DNA of 64,000 nucleotides from Octopus sinensis (GCF_006345805.1 NC_043017.1:27838001-27902000), one strand, 5' to 3'; shown: positions 13,260 to 27,427, counted from the stretch's first letter. The notes: generated from the letters alone by a model not told the origin. Translations and numbers: made by a program.

Positions 13260-13685
13260 TTATGTAGTTGTGTGTTTTTTTTTGTTCCTACCGTTGTAGT
13301 AGTGAGAATTAATTGCATATGATTTAAAATCATATATGACTTAATATGGGCTACATTCAATCAAAAACCTTCACAATGGCCAAACACATGTGCATATTCT
13401 CTCACACACACATGCGAAATATATGTCAGTTTGCCAGCCAGTGCACACCGCATATGTAGTTGGCTTTCATGTTGGAACATCGCACTAAATGCCTGTCTAT
13501 ATAGAATTATGCCTCTCTAGACTTTATATCCTATAGGTGTTGACATAGCTTTTCATGCATATGTTGTTTGATCATAAAGTGCCTATGCTGCTGTAAGATA
13601 TATTCAATCGATTTTAAAATATTTCTAACAAGAAGTCTCTTTGTTGCTACTGAAAATAAATCATAGTTAGTTGACTTTTATTATT

Positions 13686-13734
<49 letters not shown>

Positions 13735-14060
13735 CATATATACATACATATATATATATATATGAGAATGTGAGTGATATCAAAAGAACACTATATATCG
13801 GTTTCATCTCTAGGAAAAGATTATTAAAAAAAAAAAAAAATTTTCACATAAAATTTACACATAAGTTTCATGAGAGAAAACAAATCGTTTCTGTTTTAAA
13901 TTTGCCAGCTATTCTGCAATAGTCTTAATACTAGAACTTTCTCAGATTTCATTTGTATTTTTCATGTTCTCAAGTTCGCCGTCCAGTACTTTAAACTAAA
14001 CGTAATTTTTCTATTTTCTCTGTAATAAAAGGGCATGCTAGTAAAATTATGAACGAACGT

Positions 14061-14222
14061 AGGCGTAGGAGTGGGTGTGTGGTAAGTAGCTTGCTTAACA
14101 ACTACATGGTTCCGGGTTCAGTCTCACTGCGTGGCACCTTGGGCAAGTGTCTTCTGCTATAGCTTCGGGCCGACCAAAGCCTTGTGAGTGGATTGCTAGA
14201 CAGAAACTGAGGGAAGTCCGTC

Positions 14223-14259
<37 letters not shown>

Positions 14260-14272
14260 CATACATGTATAC

Positions 14273-14306
<34 letters not shown>

Positions 14307-14560
14307 TTGTGTTTGTCCCCCCCAACATCCCTTGACAACCGATGCTGGTATGTTTACGTCCTCGTAATTTAGCGGTTCGGCAAAAGAGACGCTGGCGAAA
14401 ATGCTTAGCGACATTTCTTCCGCCTCGTTACCTTCTAAGTTCTAATTTCACCAAATTTACTTTTTCATCCTTTCGGGGTTAATAAAACAAATACCATCAA
14501 AAGTGCTGTGATCGAAGTAATCGACTAAGACACCTCCAAACTTTCGGCCCTTGTGTCTAT
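14061..14560 (+). mobile_element. SINE-A (14061-14390) fused to a degenerate SINE-B-type segment (14391-14560)
   Basis: SINE-A sequence stops at caaaagagac and switches to a gctggc..aaatgcttagc..catttc..catcctttcgggg SINE-B-like sequence. Confidence 0.75.
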
Positions 14561-15842
14561 ATTAGAAAGGCACGTTTATTCTCTAGAAAAAGGAAAATGA
14601 GGCGGCATTGCTTCTATTGCCTTCGAATCTCCTAAGAATATGAGACAAAACGAGACAAAAGACCTTCAACAATGTGTGTGACTAAGAGGGAGAAAGTAAT
14701 TTCAATTCTCTAGTATTTTCCTTCCATACTTAATCTCACATTTTGACTTTTTTCTGAAGTCGCTCTTAAAACCAATGATTTTAGAAACACGAAAATCAAT
14801 CGAATATATATATGGTTAGTAAACAGCAGATGGGGAAATAGTGACGATAGAAGATGATATACGTTTTAAAGTTATAAATTTTATGGTCGTCTGCATATTC
14901 TGAATGGATACAAGTAAGGTCAACTAAAGTGGTACTTGATCTGTCAAGAGTGAATTTGAAAACAACTTACCATGAAGCATCTATAATATGCTGTACCTTT
15001 CTATAAAACTAATTTGGCAGTCTGAAAATATTGTGCAAAAAGCCAAATAGCCATTTATACATTATCTGTGAAATATCATTCATGTAACAATAAATGTAGA
15101 TGTTGTATTTATTTTTTAAAACATGTTTATTTTTGTTCGATTATCGATTGAAACATGAAACGAATACATAAAGGAATGTTTGGCAATGCAAAAACAATGA
15201 AATGACAGTGGAAATTGTGATAATATAAATTTTAACGAATCACCATTTGAACACTATGATAATCGCGAATGGTTTATTAGATTCAGCATAGGAAAAAAAT
15301 GCAGCTGACGCATTATAATAGCACGATACACACGCTGATACGCACGTACACACATGTTATTCTATGAAGAACTACAAGCAGAAACAATATCATATAATTC
15401 CTATAATTGTATATAAAAAAACTATATCTGATATGAATCAATGTTAGACATGAGAAAATTAAAATGAATAAAATAGGAAAATGTTCGTTTGATTAGATAT
15501 ATTAGTATTGGATAAATACAAAATCGCTCTTCGATCGGTTTTTTTTTTTGGACACTAGATTTGTTGAAATATTTCAATATATCGAACGATAGATTTTTAC
15601 GCTATAATGTTGAAAATTACTTTACAAAAGCTTATGTCTATTATATGCAGAAAAGTCGACGTACGTTTTCAATTTCTGTTTTGCTTCTTGATGTTGATAT
15701 TACTGCCCATTCTCAGTTCAAATCCAACCGAAGTCATTTTTTTTTCATTCTTTCGATGTCGGTAAAATAAAGTATCGATCCTATGCTGGGGCCGACTTTA
15801 TATGCCTAACATTGCTGGACTTATGCTAAAATGTTAAGCAAT

Positions 15843-16248
15843 AGGCGCAGGAGTGGCTGTGTGGTAAGTAGCTTGCTTACCAACCACATGGTTCCGGGTT
15901 CAGTCCCACTACATGGCACATTGGGCAAGTGTCTTCTGCTATAGCCCCGGGCCGACCAATGCTTTGTGAGTGGATTTGGTAGACGGAAACTGAAAGAAGC
16001 CTGTCGTATATGTGTATATGTATAATATGCGTGTGTGTTTGTGTGTCTGTGTTTGTCCCCCTAGCATTGCTTGACAACCGATAGTGGTAAGTTTATGTCC
16101 CCGTACTTAGCGGTTCGGCAAAAGAGACCAATAGAATAAGTACTGGGCTTACAAAGAATAAGTCCCGGGGGTCGATTTGCTCGACTAAAGGCGGTGCTCC
16201 AGCATGGCCGCAGTCAAATGACTGAAACAAGTAAAAGGGAGTAAAGAG
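15843..16248 (+). mobile_element. SINE-A, full length, little diverged
   Basis: Near-identical by eye to 3171-3631 apart from the short internal simple repeat. Confidence 0.92.
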
Positions 16249-17164
16249 ACTTATCATGGCATATTAATTGCACTATATTGATCGCTCATCCCACGCCAGG
16301 GTTATAAAGTGTTCCAGACGTATAAGAACTCCATTAACTAATCTGTCATTTTATATGACGGCATGTCGCGATTTGAGGAAATATTACTGCCAACATACGC
16401 ATTTCAAGTGGGAGCGTAAAAGCCTCGAGGTTAAATGTTCTGCAGAGTGATATATGAAATAGAAACCTCATTGATAGAAATATCAGATAGGTTTCATAAA
16501 ATGTGTTTGTGGTGTGAACTTAAAAACTATATTGCTTTGTGATAAACGATTTTTCCTCCCTTAATATCAAGAATATTTAACTTACCATTATTGTGACATT
16601 TGCCATAGCCTCTCAATAATCTTTACCATAATTCAATAACCCTTTACTTTGACCCCATATATTATTTGATCGATAAAGTAATTGGAGAAATTCTAACAAG
16701 TTATTTATTAAACAATTAGAAAATTTTCACTATCTTTGACCTTTAAACCTTGAGGGCATTTTCTCTCAAACGTATCGCCGGAAAATAGGCACTACGGATC
16801 AATATCCAGATTCGCTTCAACTTTGCACCTTTCACTGAAAGTCATACAAGTCATCGTATATCGCACTATTTAACTATTTCAGGCACATCAAACGTTATTA
16901 CTTTGTATCTTTAAAGAAATATCACGAACACATCAAACACTGATTAGACATATCCACAGACACAAGTACAATTTTATTTCTTTTGGTAAATGCATTATTA
17001 TAAACCAAGGCTTAATAACAATTTATTTTTACCGCAAATCAATTTTTTGTTCGTATCTCTACATTTCTGCATCAACTTATTAAAATTTCGAATCAAGAAT
17101 ATCATTATTTCTTTCCACATGCAAACGTATTATTCACCTCTGTGGTTCCCGAACATTATAAATA

Positions 17165-17542
17165 CTCTCTTTTACTCTTTTACATGTTTCAGTCATTTGA
17201 CTTCGGTCTTTAGTCGAGCAAATCGACCCCAGGACTTATTCTTTGTAAGCCCAGTACTTATTCTATCGGTCTCTTTTACCGAACCGCTAAGTGACGGGGA
17301 CGTGAACATACCAGCATCGGCTGTCAAGCAATGCTAGGGGGACAAACACAGACACACAAACACATACATATACACATACGACAGGCTTCTTTCAGTTTCC
17401 GTCTACCAAATCCACTCAGAAGGCATTGGTCGGCCCGGGGCTATAGCAGAAGACACTTGCCCAAGATGCCACGCAGTGGGACTGAACCCGGAACCATGTG
17501 GTTGGTAAGCAATCTACTTACCACACAGCCACTCCTGCGCCT
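17165..17542 (-). mobile_element. SINE-A, nearly full length, little diverged
   Basis: Reverse complement of the 15843 copy with a small deletion in the 3' tail. Confidence 0.92.
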
Positions 17543-17656
17543 GAATTTTATTTAAGACATCCTGCAACGTCCTGAATATTTCCATATGCAATCAGTTTCT
17601 TAGTAGTCTTATATCACACACACATACCCACACACTCACATATATGCACACATACG

Positions 17657-17711
<55 letters not shown>

Positions 17712-19120
17712 GTGTAAGAAATAAAATATATGCATACATACAAACATATATGTACGTACCTACATCTACATGTATATATACATGCATATATAAATATATA
17801 TACGTGAGTACAGGATACCACAAATAGACGTAGGACTCAACGAGAAACGAAAACGTAAAAAAAACGTGGAAACGGACCTAAACGAAAAAAAGAGAGTACA
17901 AGACAAACTACACAAGGAAAAATCCCCTATCATCAGCTGTCCCTAGTTCAACTCCAGCGTGTTTCGAAGGTGAATTCATAAGTGCAGAGAGAAGCCTACT
18001 CTAAAAGATTAGTACTGTAATATCTAGAAGGATGCTTCTTATGGCTGGTGCTATAGTGACCAATAGTTTCGCGCCTATAAAGAACACAGCTGTTTAGGCG
18101 ACTTGTAAGACTCATTGCATGGAAGGGCATAACCTCTCCACTATTAACCATAATGTTTTTCCCCCTTCGGCGGTAGAGAGTGTATGCTTCCCCGGCTATT
18201 TACGTCTGAAGAATCACCCATAAGGCTAAGCAAATTAAAATTTCAAAACCTATGGCTACTCTCTGACCATACGTTTCGAAACCCAGTGTGACTCTCTGAC
18301 CAGCCATAACAAAAAAACCTTCTAAACACACACACAAACACTAGCTTCCATTCAGTTTTCATCCTACAAATTCAATCGCAAAGCATTGGTTGGCAGGAAA
18401 TTATAGTAGAAGACCCGTGCCCAAAGTCCCGCGGACTGAGCCCAGCACCACCTGCCTGCATAGCGAGCAGTTAACCACATAGTCTGCCGGTGTCCATTAA
18501 TATATTTTCTTTATATAAGTAAGAAACAAAGATAACATATACCAAATTTTTCCAGCATTTATCAAATGTCTAAATAGTTAATACAATTTATTGTTAAAAC
18601 GGTTTTAAGTTCAGAAGTATGACATTCGTATTTAGAATTTAAACATATTAAATATTTACAATTTAAACATTAAATATTTACAATTATGTGATATTTTCAC
18701 TAGTTTGTAAATATTTATTTGCGTATTATTTCCGCAAGCGTACAACACTTCAATGACGAAATGGTAATGACCTTGTGAAGGAATAATTTCTTTTGCTTTT
18801 TATAAACCACTAAAGTTACTAATTTTCAAATGAAATCTGAAAGAATACACAAATAAAGTTCTTAGCATCTCGTGTCTCTTTGATATCAGACTAATGTGAA
18901 CTTTGATTGACCGTTAATTGAAGATAAATTAAAAGTTCACATCTTTAATAATATATTTAATATATCAAAATATGTTGTTTTTTTTTTATTCTTCAAGCTT
19001 AGACCTCTTCAGTGCATTTCTAGTTCGAGACCGATTTAGAAATAATAGATTTGTGCCACAACCAGTCCATGCGAGATGAAACTTTCGCCATTATACTTGA
19101 AATCGATACATTTGAATTTA

Positions 19121-19352
19121 AGGTGGCGAGCTGGCAGAAACGTTAGCACGCCGGGCGAAATGCGTAGCCGTATTTCGTCTGCCGTTACGTTGTGAGTTCA
19201 AATTCCGCCGAGGTCGACTTTGCCTTTCACCCTTTCGGGTTCGATAAATTAAGTACCGGTTATGCACTGGGGTCGATGTAATCGACTTAATCCGTTTGTC
19301 TGTCCTTGTTTGTCCCCTCTGTGTTTAGCCCCTTGTGGGTACTAAAGAAATG
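19121..19352 (+). mobile_element. SINE-B, full length
   Basis: aaggtggcgagctggcagaaacgttagc..gagttcaaattccgccgaggtcgac..ccccttgtgggtactaaagaaat. A 5'-truncated copy lies at 8551-8680. Confidence 0.9.
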
Positions 19353-19647
19353 TATACGTTGAATAATATAGAAATATACGTGTAATATGCAAAAACATTC
19401 TGAAGGTTTCAAATAGAGTAATAATTTCAGATTTTTTTTTTAAACTTACACCGTTCCGTCAATCGGATATCCGTGTCCCTTCCAATAAAAAAAGATACAG
19501 AGAGGGAAGATTTACAGAACATAGAAAACTTTATTATTTTATCTTACTAGTTCCTTGTGTTCCTTTAGTTTTCGAACAATTGTATTCCGAAAGGCTTGGT
19601 AATGTCTTTCATCTCAATTCTCATTTTGTTTGTCTCTCTATCACTCT

Positions 19648-20060
19648 AGGAGTGGCTGTGTGGTAAGTAGCTTGCTTACTAACATATGGTTCTGCACTCG
19701 GTCCCACTGTTTGGCACCTTGGGCAAGTGTTTTTTACTACAGCCTCGGGCCGACCAAATCCTTTTGAGTGGACTTGGAAGACGGAAACTGAAAGAAGCAT
19801 GTCACATATATGTATATATATATGTGTGTATATGTGTGTGTGTGTGTATGTGTTTGTGTGCCTGTGTTTGTCCCACCAACATCGATTGACAATCGATGCT
19901 GGTGTGTTTATTTCACAGTAACCTAACGGTTCAACAAAAGAGACCAATAAATTAAGTACTAGGTTTACAAAGAATAAGTTATGAGGCGGATTTGCTCGAC
20001 TAAAGGCGGTGCTCCAGCATAACCACAGTCAAATCACTAAAACAAGTAAAGAGTAAAAGA
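19648..20060 (+). mobile_element. SINE-A, full length, more diverged
   Basis: Head, internal repeat and tail all present. Confidence 0.88.
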
Positions 20061-21336
20061 TATGCGCGCGTGAGTGTGGTGTGTGTGTGTGTGTGTGTGA
20101 GTATGAGTGTGTCAGCGTGCGTGCGTATATGTGTGTATCTGTGATAGTCAGTGTGTGTGTGTTTCATTATATGTATACATTATCATGTGGATATGTGTAT
20201 ATGTATAAATTTATCCCTACCATCATACACTTACTCTCTCTCTCTTAAATATGTCTGAGTTTGGGATGTGTATGACGTATATGTATTTTAATACGTGGTA
20301 AGAGTAATTATATTCTGTTGATCAGAGATATAAATCTCTGGGGGAAAAAAACCCTTCCGAATTTATTGATAGCTATTACACAAACGCATTTGAGTAAATG
20401 TGTGCCCAATTAAAACACAAGTAGATAATTAACGAATATCTTTTTAGAAAGATTTAAAGAAAATACACGCAAAACAAATCCAACTAGATATCATGGACTA
20501 AAGTGAAATGATTTCGTGTAATCGTCTCGCCGTATTTGGAGTGCAGAGAAAGCCGATAGATCAATTTTTATTACAAAAATTCCAACAGACGCAAACTGAT
20601 CGTGTACCATTATTTTTTCCACATTATAGTGCCGTCAATGCTTCATCTAGGCGCGAGATGCGATTCCCGCCATAAACTAGTCAAATATATTGATTAACGA
20701 TAAACTGCTTCTATGATAATATAATAAAACAGAAACAGAATAGAAAGAAATGATGATGTAGCATTCTTGATATATTGGCAAAGACAGGAACATTGAAAAG
20801 CAATTTTACATCTAAAAGTTTACAGAACAAATAAATTTGTTATGATTTTGTTCTGTTTCTGTGGTTCTAGACAGGAAGGTATAGACCGCAGCGCAGACAC
20901 ACTGTATTTATGGTTGCACATATGCACGCATTTGTGTTTGTATATATTTTGTGTGTGTTTACATATATATATATATATATATATTATATATGTGTGTGTG
21001 TGTGTCTGAGCGTGTGTGTATCTTGGAATGATCTAAAATCAATTAAATGACAAATATTACAATAAAGTTTTTTTCAGAAAAAAATCTACTCATATTTTAC
21101 TATGTTCGTTTCTGTTCACTTCTCTAACTTACATTTGCACAGCTAATAGAATAAACTTCGTTTTGTGGCATAACTATATTTATAAATATATCTACACAGA
21201 TAAGAATTTCATTCAAGCTAACGTATAGTAGAACTAGTAGTAGTAGTAGGGGAAATAAAACAAAGGGAGGAAACTATGAAGAGACAGAGAGGCAGAGGAG
21301 GGGAGAGAGGGAACGAAGATGATAGATAGGGAGTGA

Positions 21337-21573
21337 TACTCTTTACTCTTTTACTCCTTTACTTGTTTCAGTTATTTGAATGTGGCCATGCTGGGGCACC
21401 GCCTTTAGTCAAACAAATCGACATCAGGACTCATTCTTTGTAAGCCTAGACTTATTCTATCGGTGTATTTTGCCGAACCGCTAAGTTAAGGGGACGTAAG
21501 CACACCAGCATCGGTTGTCGAGCGATGTTGGGGGAACAAACACAGACACACAAACATATACACACACTTATTC

Positions 21574-21604
<31 letters not shown>

Positions 21605-22268
21605 CACATATACGATGGGCTTCTTTCAGTTTCCGTCGACTAAATCCACTAACAAGACTTTGGCCGGACCCGAGGCTATAGTAGAAGACACTTGCCCAAG
21701 ATGCCACGCAGTGGGACTGAACTCGGGACAGCCAATCCTGCACCTATAGAGAGAGGAAGATAAATCTAAACGACTGAAGGGGAAACTAAAAGACTAAACA
21801 TAAAGCGAAAGAGTAAAGGAAGAGAGACAATTTGGAGAAAGTTAAAAGATATTTACTCTGAAGAGCATCAGTAGGACAAATGCTTTCACATACATGCGCA
21901 AGACTCAGACACTTATCATTCCGCTAAATTGTCCAAGCAGGCTCAAACTTCACGAATAGATTTAGGTTATGTGTAAAAAAACATATCACTCACGGAATGC
22001 TAATGAAAATTTACAGGTGTGGCTGTTTCGTAAGAAGTTTGCTTCCGAACCACATGGTTCCGGGTTCAGTCTCACTGCTCGGCACCTTCGGCAAATGCCT
22101 TCTACTATTGCCTCGGGGCCAACCAAAGGTTTGGTAGGCGGAAACTGAACGATTTCCCTCATGTATATATATATATATATACATACACACATGTTTGTGT
22201 GTCTGAGTTACTGTCACCGCTTGACGACCAATGTTGTTGTGTTTACGTCGCCGTAAATTAGCGGTTGC
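21337..22268. mobile_element. SINE-A copies: - 21337-21727 and + 22015-22268
   Basis: Conserved SINE-A body segments in both orientations. Confidence 0.82.
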
Positions 22269-22303
22269 GTCTCTCTCTCTCTCTCTCTCTCTCTCCTCTC
22301 TCT

Positions 22304-22351
<48 letters not shown>

Positions 22352-22863
22352 TGCTGTATTGAAGTAGACACAAAAAGAACTAGACCTGAATATATCAAAT
22401 ATATATATATATACGTGTGTGAATATATGTATGTATAGAGTGTTATGTGTGATGTACAGAAGTTGAATGTTGAGAAAAAAAAGTCGTCAAAATTTTGGAA
22501 AAAAAAAATCTTTTATTTCTTCACTATTATTAGCGCTTTCGTTTCTTTCTCGAACTTGTCAAAGAAAATTTTTGAATACACAAACAGCTTGTTCATTCTG
22601 GATTTGTTTTTCTTTTAGAAGAGAACACTTTGTTTTTTTATGGGGTGAGTTTCTATGACAGTGGAGATGGATAGATAGAAATACAGGTAGGTTGATAGAT
22701 AAATAGATAGATAAGTTTCTTTATTAGCCACATAGGGCTGCACACAGATGGGACAAATTACAAGGTAGAGCTTTTCTTTTGGGGGATGAAAAAAAAAAGT
22801 GGCGTAGGTTTTCGATCAAAAGGGATCGTGAAAGGGAAAAAAGGATAGATAGATAGATAAGCG

Positions 22864-23335
22864 GCATCCCTCTTCTTATTCACCATTCATTTATTATATG
22901 TTCTTTTAGTCATTTACCATTGTATTGGAATGGGTTTAAGGATGGTGGCCTCTTCAAAAACAAAAACAAAAAACAGTTACAGGCTGGTCATCATTGAAAG
23001 TCAATTTGCTTTCTTTCTCTCTTCCCTTTTTCCTTCTTTATTCCTTCGTTCTTTCTTTCTCCCCTCTTTGAGTTATATTTAGAATACAAAATGTACGGTT
23101 TCCCCTTCCAAACATATATATCCGTCTCAAATATCATGGAACCTCACCCCAAAAACTATAACTGAAAGAGAAGGCAAAGAAAGAAAAGGGGGAAAAAAGA
23201 AGGAAAAGGGGAAAAGAGAAAGAAAGCAAAATGAGTTTCAGTGATGACCAAACCTTAAGAGGTCACAACCCTAAACCCATTCCAATACAATGGTAAAGGA
23301 TTAAATAAATAAATGGTGAATAGGAAGGGGGATAC
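22864..23335. repeat. Imperfect foldback (arms about 200 bp, loop about 95 nt)
   Basis: ttattcaccatt..tttaccattgtattggaatgggttta..ggtcatcattgaaa..tttgctttctttctc on the left is mirrored by its reverse complement at 23165-23335. Confidence 0.8.
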
Positions 23336-23642
23336 CCCTTCTCTCTCTCTATCTGTCTGACTATCTATTTCTATTCGTCTATCTATTTATCTATCTATCT
23401 ACCAGCCTATATTTCTATCCAGCCCCCTTGTCATGGGCCCCCCACCAAAATAAAAAAAACAATGTTCTCATCTAACAAAACACAAGAAAACAAAACGACA
23501 TCTGTTCTATATAAATTAACAAGCTGTTTGTACATTCGCAACATTTTATTTGACACTTTCGAGAGAGGAACGAAAGCGTTAATAATAAAGAAATAGAGGG
23601 AGTTTTTCCGAAATTCTGACTCCTCTCTCTCTCTCTAACTAC

Positions 23643-23693
<51 letters not shown>

Positions 23694-23768
23694 GGGAGAA
23701 TTCCCAAAAAAACAAAAGACGAAGACAGGTGGTGTAGACAACAAACAGAAGTATAAGTATTAGTATAT

Positions 23769-24430
23769 TTGTAAGCCTAGTACTGATTCTATCGGGCTCT
23801 TTGGCCGAACCGCTATGTTACAGGGACGTAAACACACCAGCATCGGTTGTCAAGCGATGTTGGGGGGGACAAACACAGACACACAAGCACACATACACAA
23901 TATATATATACATACATATATACGTCGGGCTTCTTTCAGTTTCCGTCTACCAAATCAACTCACAAGGCTTTGGTCGGCACGAGGCAATAGTAGAAGACAC
24001 TTGCCCAAGGTGCCACGCAGTGGAACTGAACCCAGAACCATGTGGGTGGTAAGCAAGCTACTTACCACAGAGCCACTCACAATTTTCACTCATTAGGCTG
24101 CCGCCAATTTAGGGATCACTTTCAAGAATTTTAGTCGAATGAATCGACCCCAGTAATTTTTGTTTTAAGCCTGATATTTATTTTATCGCTAACTTTTGCC
24201 GAGCCGCTTGGTTACGGGGACTGAAGCACACTGAACTGGTTGTCAATTGTTGGTGGCAGTGCGACAAACAGATAGATATATGACAGGTTTCTCTCTATTT
24301 CCATCTACCATATCCAGTAACAAGGCTTTGGTCAACCCAAGGCTATGCTAGAAAACACTTGTGACATACAGTGTGACTGAACTCGGAACCATGTGGTTCG
24401 GAAGCAAACTTCTTACGCATGAGCCTATCT
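23769..24430 (-). mobile_element. Two SINE-A copies (23769-24078 and an older 24098-24430)
   Basis: Reverse-complement SINE-A body; the second copy is heavily diverged. Confidence 0.8.
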
Positions 24431-25848
24431 TAGACATTCCTTTTTTCTGTTAAATATTAAAGAATCCAACAAGAGATGCAGTACGGAATTTTGTCAATAA
24501 ACAGGTCGCTGTGTTAAAGCGACGAAAATATTTTGACAAATTAAATTTAAATGTTGAAGTGAATCTAACGGATTTTTTGTGTTTCTTAAAAGGCTTATAA
24601 ACACCTTCCACGCTGCAATTGTTTTCGTTCCAGCACACGATCTGAGACCAGGTCACTTGCTATCCAAGTACATCTCCGTAATTAACCCATCCTTTTTCTC
24701 TTAAATATTCTCTCTCTATCTGCTTAGTCGAAGTCGACTCTCGGTCACTGGTTGGATCAGTGTCCTATTAGAATTCTTACACTTTTGATCCATAGAGTAT
24801 ATTGGCCAGGATACTGGGGTAGGTGGCCAGGTCTTTCCTCAGGCCAGAGCCGTTTAGCCAGCATACTTACCATATGCCGTTGCCACCCCCAGCACAAAGG
24901 TGAGGAGAACGGTTGGGCTTTGGAGGGGGCTCTTAAATATTAGACATTCTAAAATCTCTTTCTGTGAAACACACAAATGGGTATCAGAAATTTTACTTAA
25001 CTGGTGTATCAGTATTTCGAGTGGGTGACGGAATTTTCTATTTTCTCTCAACAATGCTAAAGAAATAATTGATTTTAAACTATCCTATTTCCTCAATCAT
25101 TATACATGTTAAATATTTAGTCTTCCGCCTTCAAGGGAATTAATTCATTGTTGTACTTTAAAAAACGATTCGGTTAAAGTTAATACATATATTCTCGTTC
25201 GCAGTCATGTTATCTTGAACTTAACATATATTTGAACCTCCGGTTCTATAAGCGTCTCATGACGAGAAGGGAAAAGAGAGAGTATTGTGCATTATTGACA
25301 TTTTAAAGATAACTAGAAAATCGATATTTATTATACAAGGAGTTTAAAACACCCCCTCCAATAAAAATCAATAAATATTGTTCAAGGAATAAGCAGCCAA
25401 AACATATATGTTTATTATGTGTGTAAAGTATTTCATTTTATTATAGCCTTGAAAAATAATAAATAACAAACTCCAAGTAAAGGAAAGCAGATAGAAAATT
25501 GATTTTCTATATGTAACTTTGTGCTAAAATGTCTGCTTTCTAGAGGAATCGAATATGCTTTATATTTTAAGTAAATGTCTTTGCATGAGACCCTGTAGCT
25601 TAGGTAAAGAAGATGAGGCATTGGTGCATTAAGAGTTCTCAATCTGTTCTTGATCAAGCAAGATGCGGTGTGTGCAACGTAATTTATGTAGGGAAAAAAA
25701 TGCATATATTGATCCGCCAAGAGGCATGTCAAGCGTTCACGAGGAAGAGAACGTATAAGTGATATTTTTGTTTAGAGTTTTGTATTTAGTTTGTGAATTT
25801 CAGCACACACACATATATGTATGCATATATGTATACATGTATACATGT

Positions 25849-25888
<40 letters not shown>

Positions 25889-26962
25889 ATGTGTGTGTAT
25901 GTGTGTGTGTGTGTATGTGTATGTATGTGTGTGTATGTGTATGTGTGTGTATGTATATATGTGTGTGTATGTATGTATGTATATATATGTGTGTGTATGT
26001 ATGTATATATATGTGTGTGTGTGTGTATATGTGTGTGTATATATGTGTGTATGTGTATATATATATATATATACTGAAATAAATTTCTCTATTATATGTG
26101 TAGAATCTTATTTCTTTTGTTTCTAAGAGAAACGTTAAAACACTTCCATTCAATCTTCTAATTTGGAGAGAGAAGAATCTAAGTAAATCTCATATTACCA
26201 CAGACACACAGCGAAATGCATGTAGGCACACACACATACAGAAGACAGCCCATAATTGCATATACACAAGTATACACGCATATCGTATATACCCATATAA
26301 ATTTATGAAACTGAAAGCGTTGGTGAATGTTCGGAATTGTTCGTGTCTCAGTTCTTAAAGTCTTGCGCTTCTGATCATAAAGCTAATGTTTGAATTCTTG
26401 GACTGAGTGACACGTTTAATTCGTTAATGAAACACTTCATGCCACATCGATCAAATTTACTTCGCTGGAAAATGAGCAATGCTGCTCAGTATAATACACC
26501 CAACCCCGTCAAAAACCACAACATGATTCGGACAAATGGATTGTATATTTATAATACAGCATCAAGAAACATATAGTTACACATTAGCGTCATAGAGATC
26601 ATTAAGTTTTTGAGTTTCCTAAATCAACGTAGTCAAAACATATAAAGAGCATGTGCAATGGGAACTTTAAACAATTCAAAATATCATTTAAAATAAATAA
26701 CAATTTATCTTTTGAACGTTGCAGAGTTACGTTAGTAACATTAATGAAAGAACCAGATGTGTGCATATTGAAACTATTTATATACATTTATAAAGCAATT
26801 GTCATGTTGAATAATGTTAGGCGTGAGATATTATTTTTCAGTATCATATATATCATAATTCAGGTTGTTCAGTACACTATAACATTAAGTTAGCATACCT
26901 GGCACACAGACAGACAAACATGCACACACAGACACACAAGAGATACAAGAACATAAAAAAAA

Positions 26963-27004
<42 letters not shown>

Positions 27005-27146
27005 TGTATATATCGACATATGTATATACATGCATCACTGCCTCTATGGCAAATTTGATAAAATAATATATATATATAGTTGTAACAAAATGTCTTTTCC
27101 GTTTTCGTTCTGTTGAATTTTTCGTCTTCCTGTGATGTCCTGTACG

Positions 27147-27218
<72 letters not shown>

Positions 27219-27395
27219 TGTATATATACATGTAGATGTCCGTACGTACATATGTTTGTATGTATGCATATATTTTATTTATTAGACTATATATATATAT
27301 ATACATAAATCTATATATATATATATATATACATAAATCTATATATATATATATATATACATAAATATATATATATAATATATACATAAATATAT

Positions 27396-27427
<32 letters not shown>

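Noticed and set aside
17925-17970. Possible permuted hammerhead on the minus strand (ccttcGAAAc..CTGATGAtagggg)
   Set aside because: Both core halves are present, but no NUH triplet with a pairing stem I could be placed.
20845-20884. Possible 8-nt plus-strand micro-exon ACAGGAAG after a good pyrimidine tract
   Set aside because: The donor GTATAG is weak and the exon would shift frame; not supportable without RNA data.
25600-25760. CGVCNVIYVG peptide resembling a GIY-YIG motif, and an AGGCATGTC p53-like half site
   Set aside because: The upstream GIY motif and downstream RxxEH are missing; a single half site is not meaningful.
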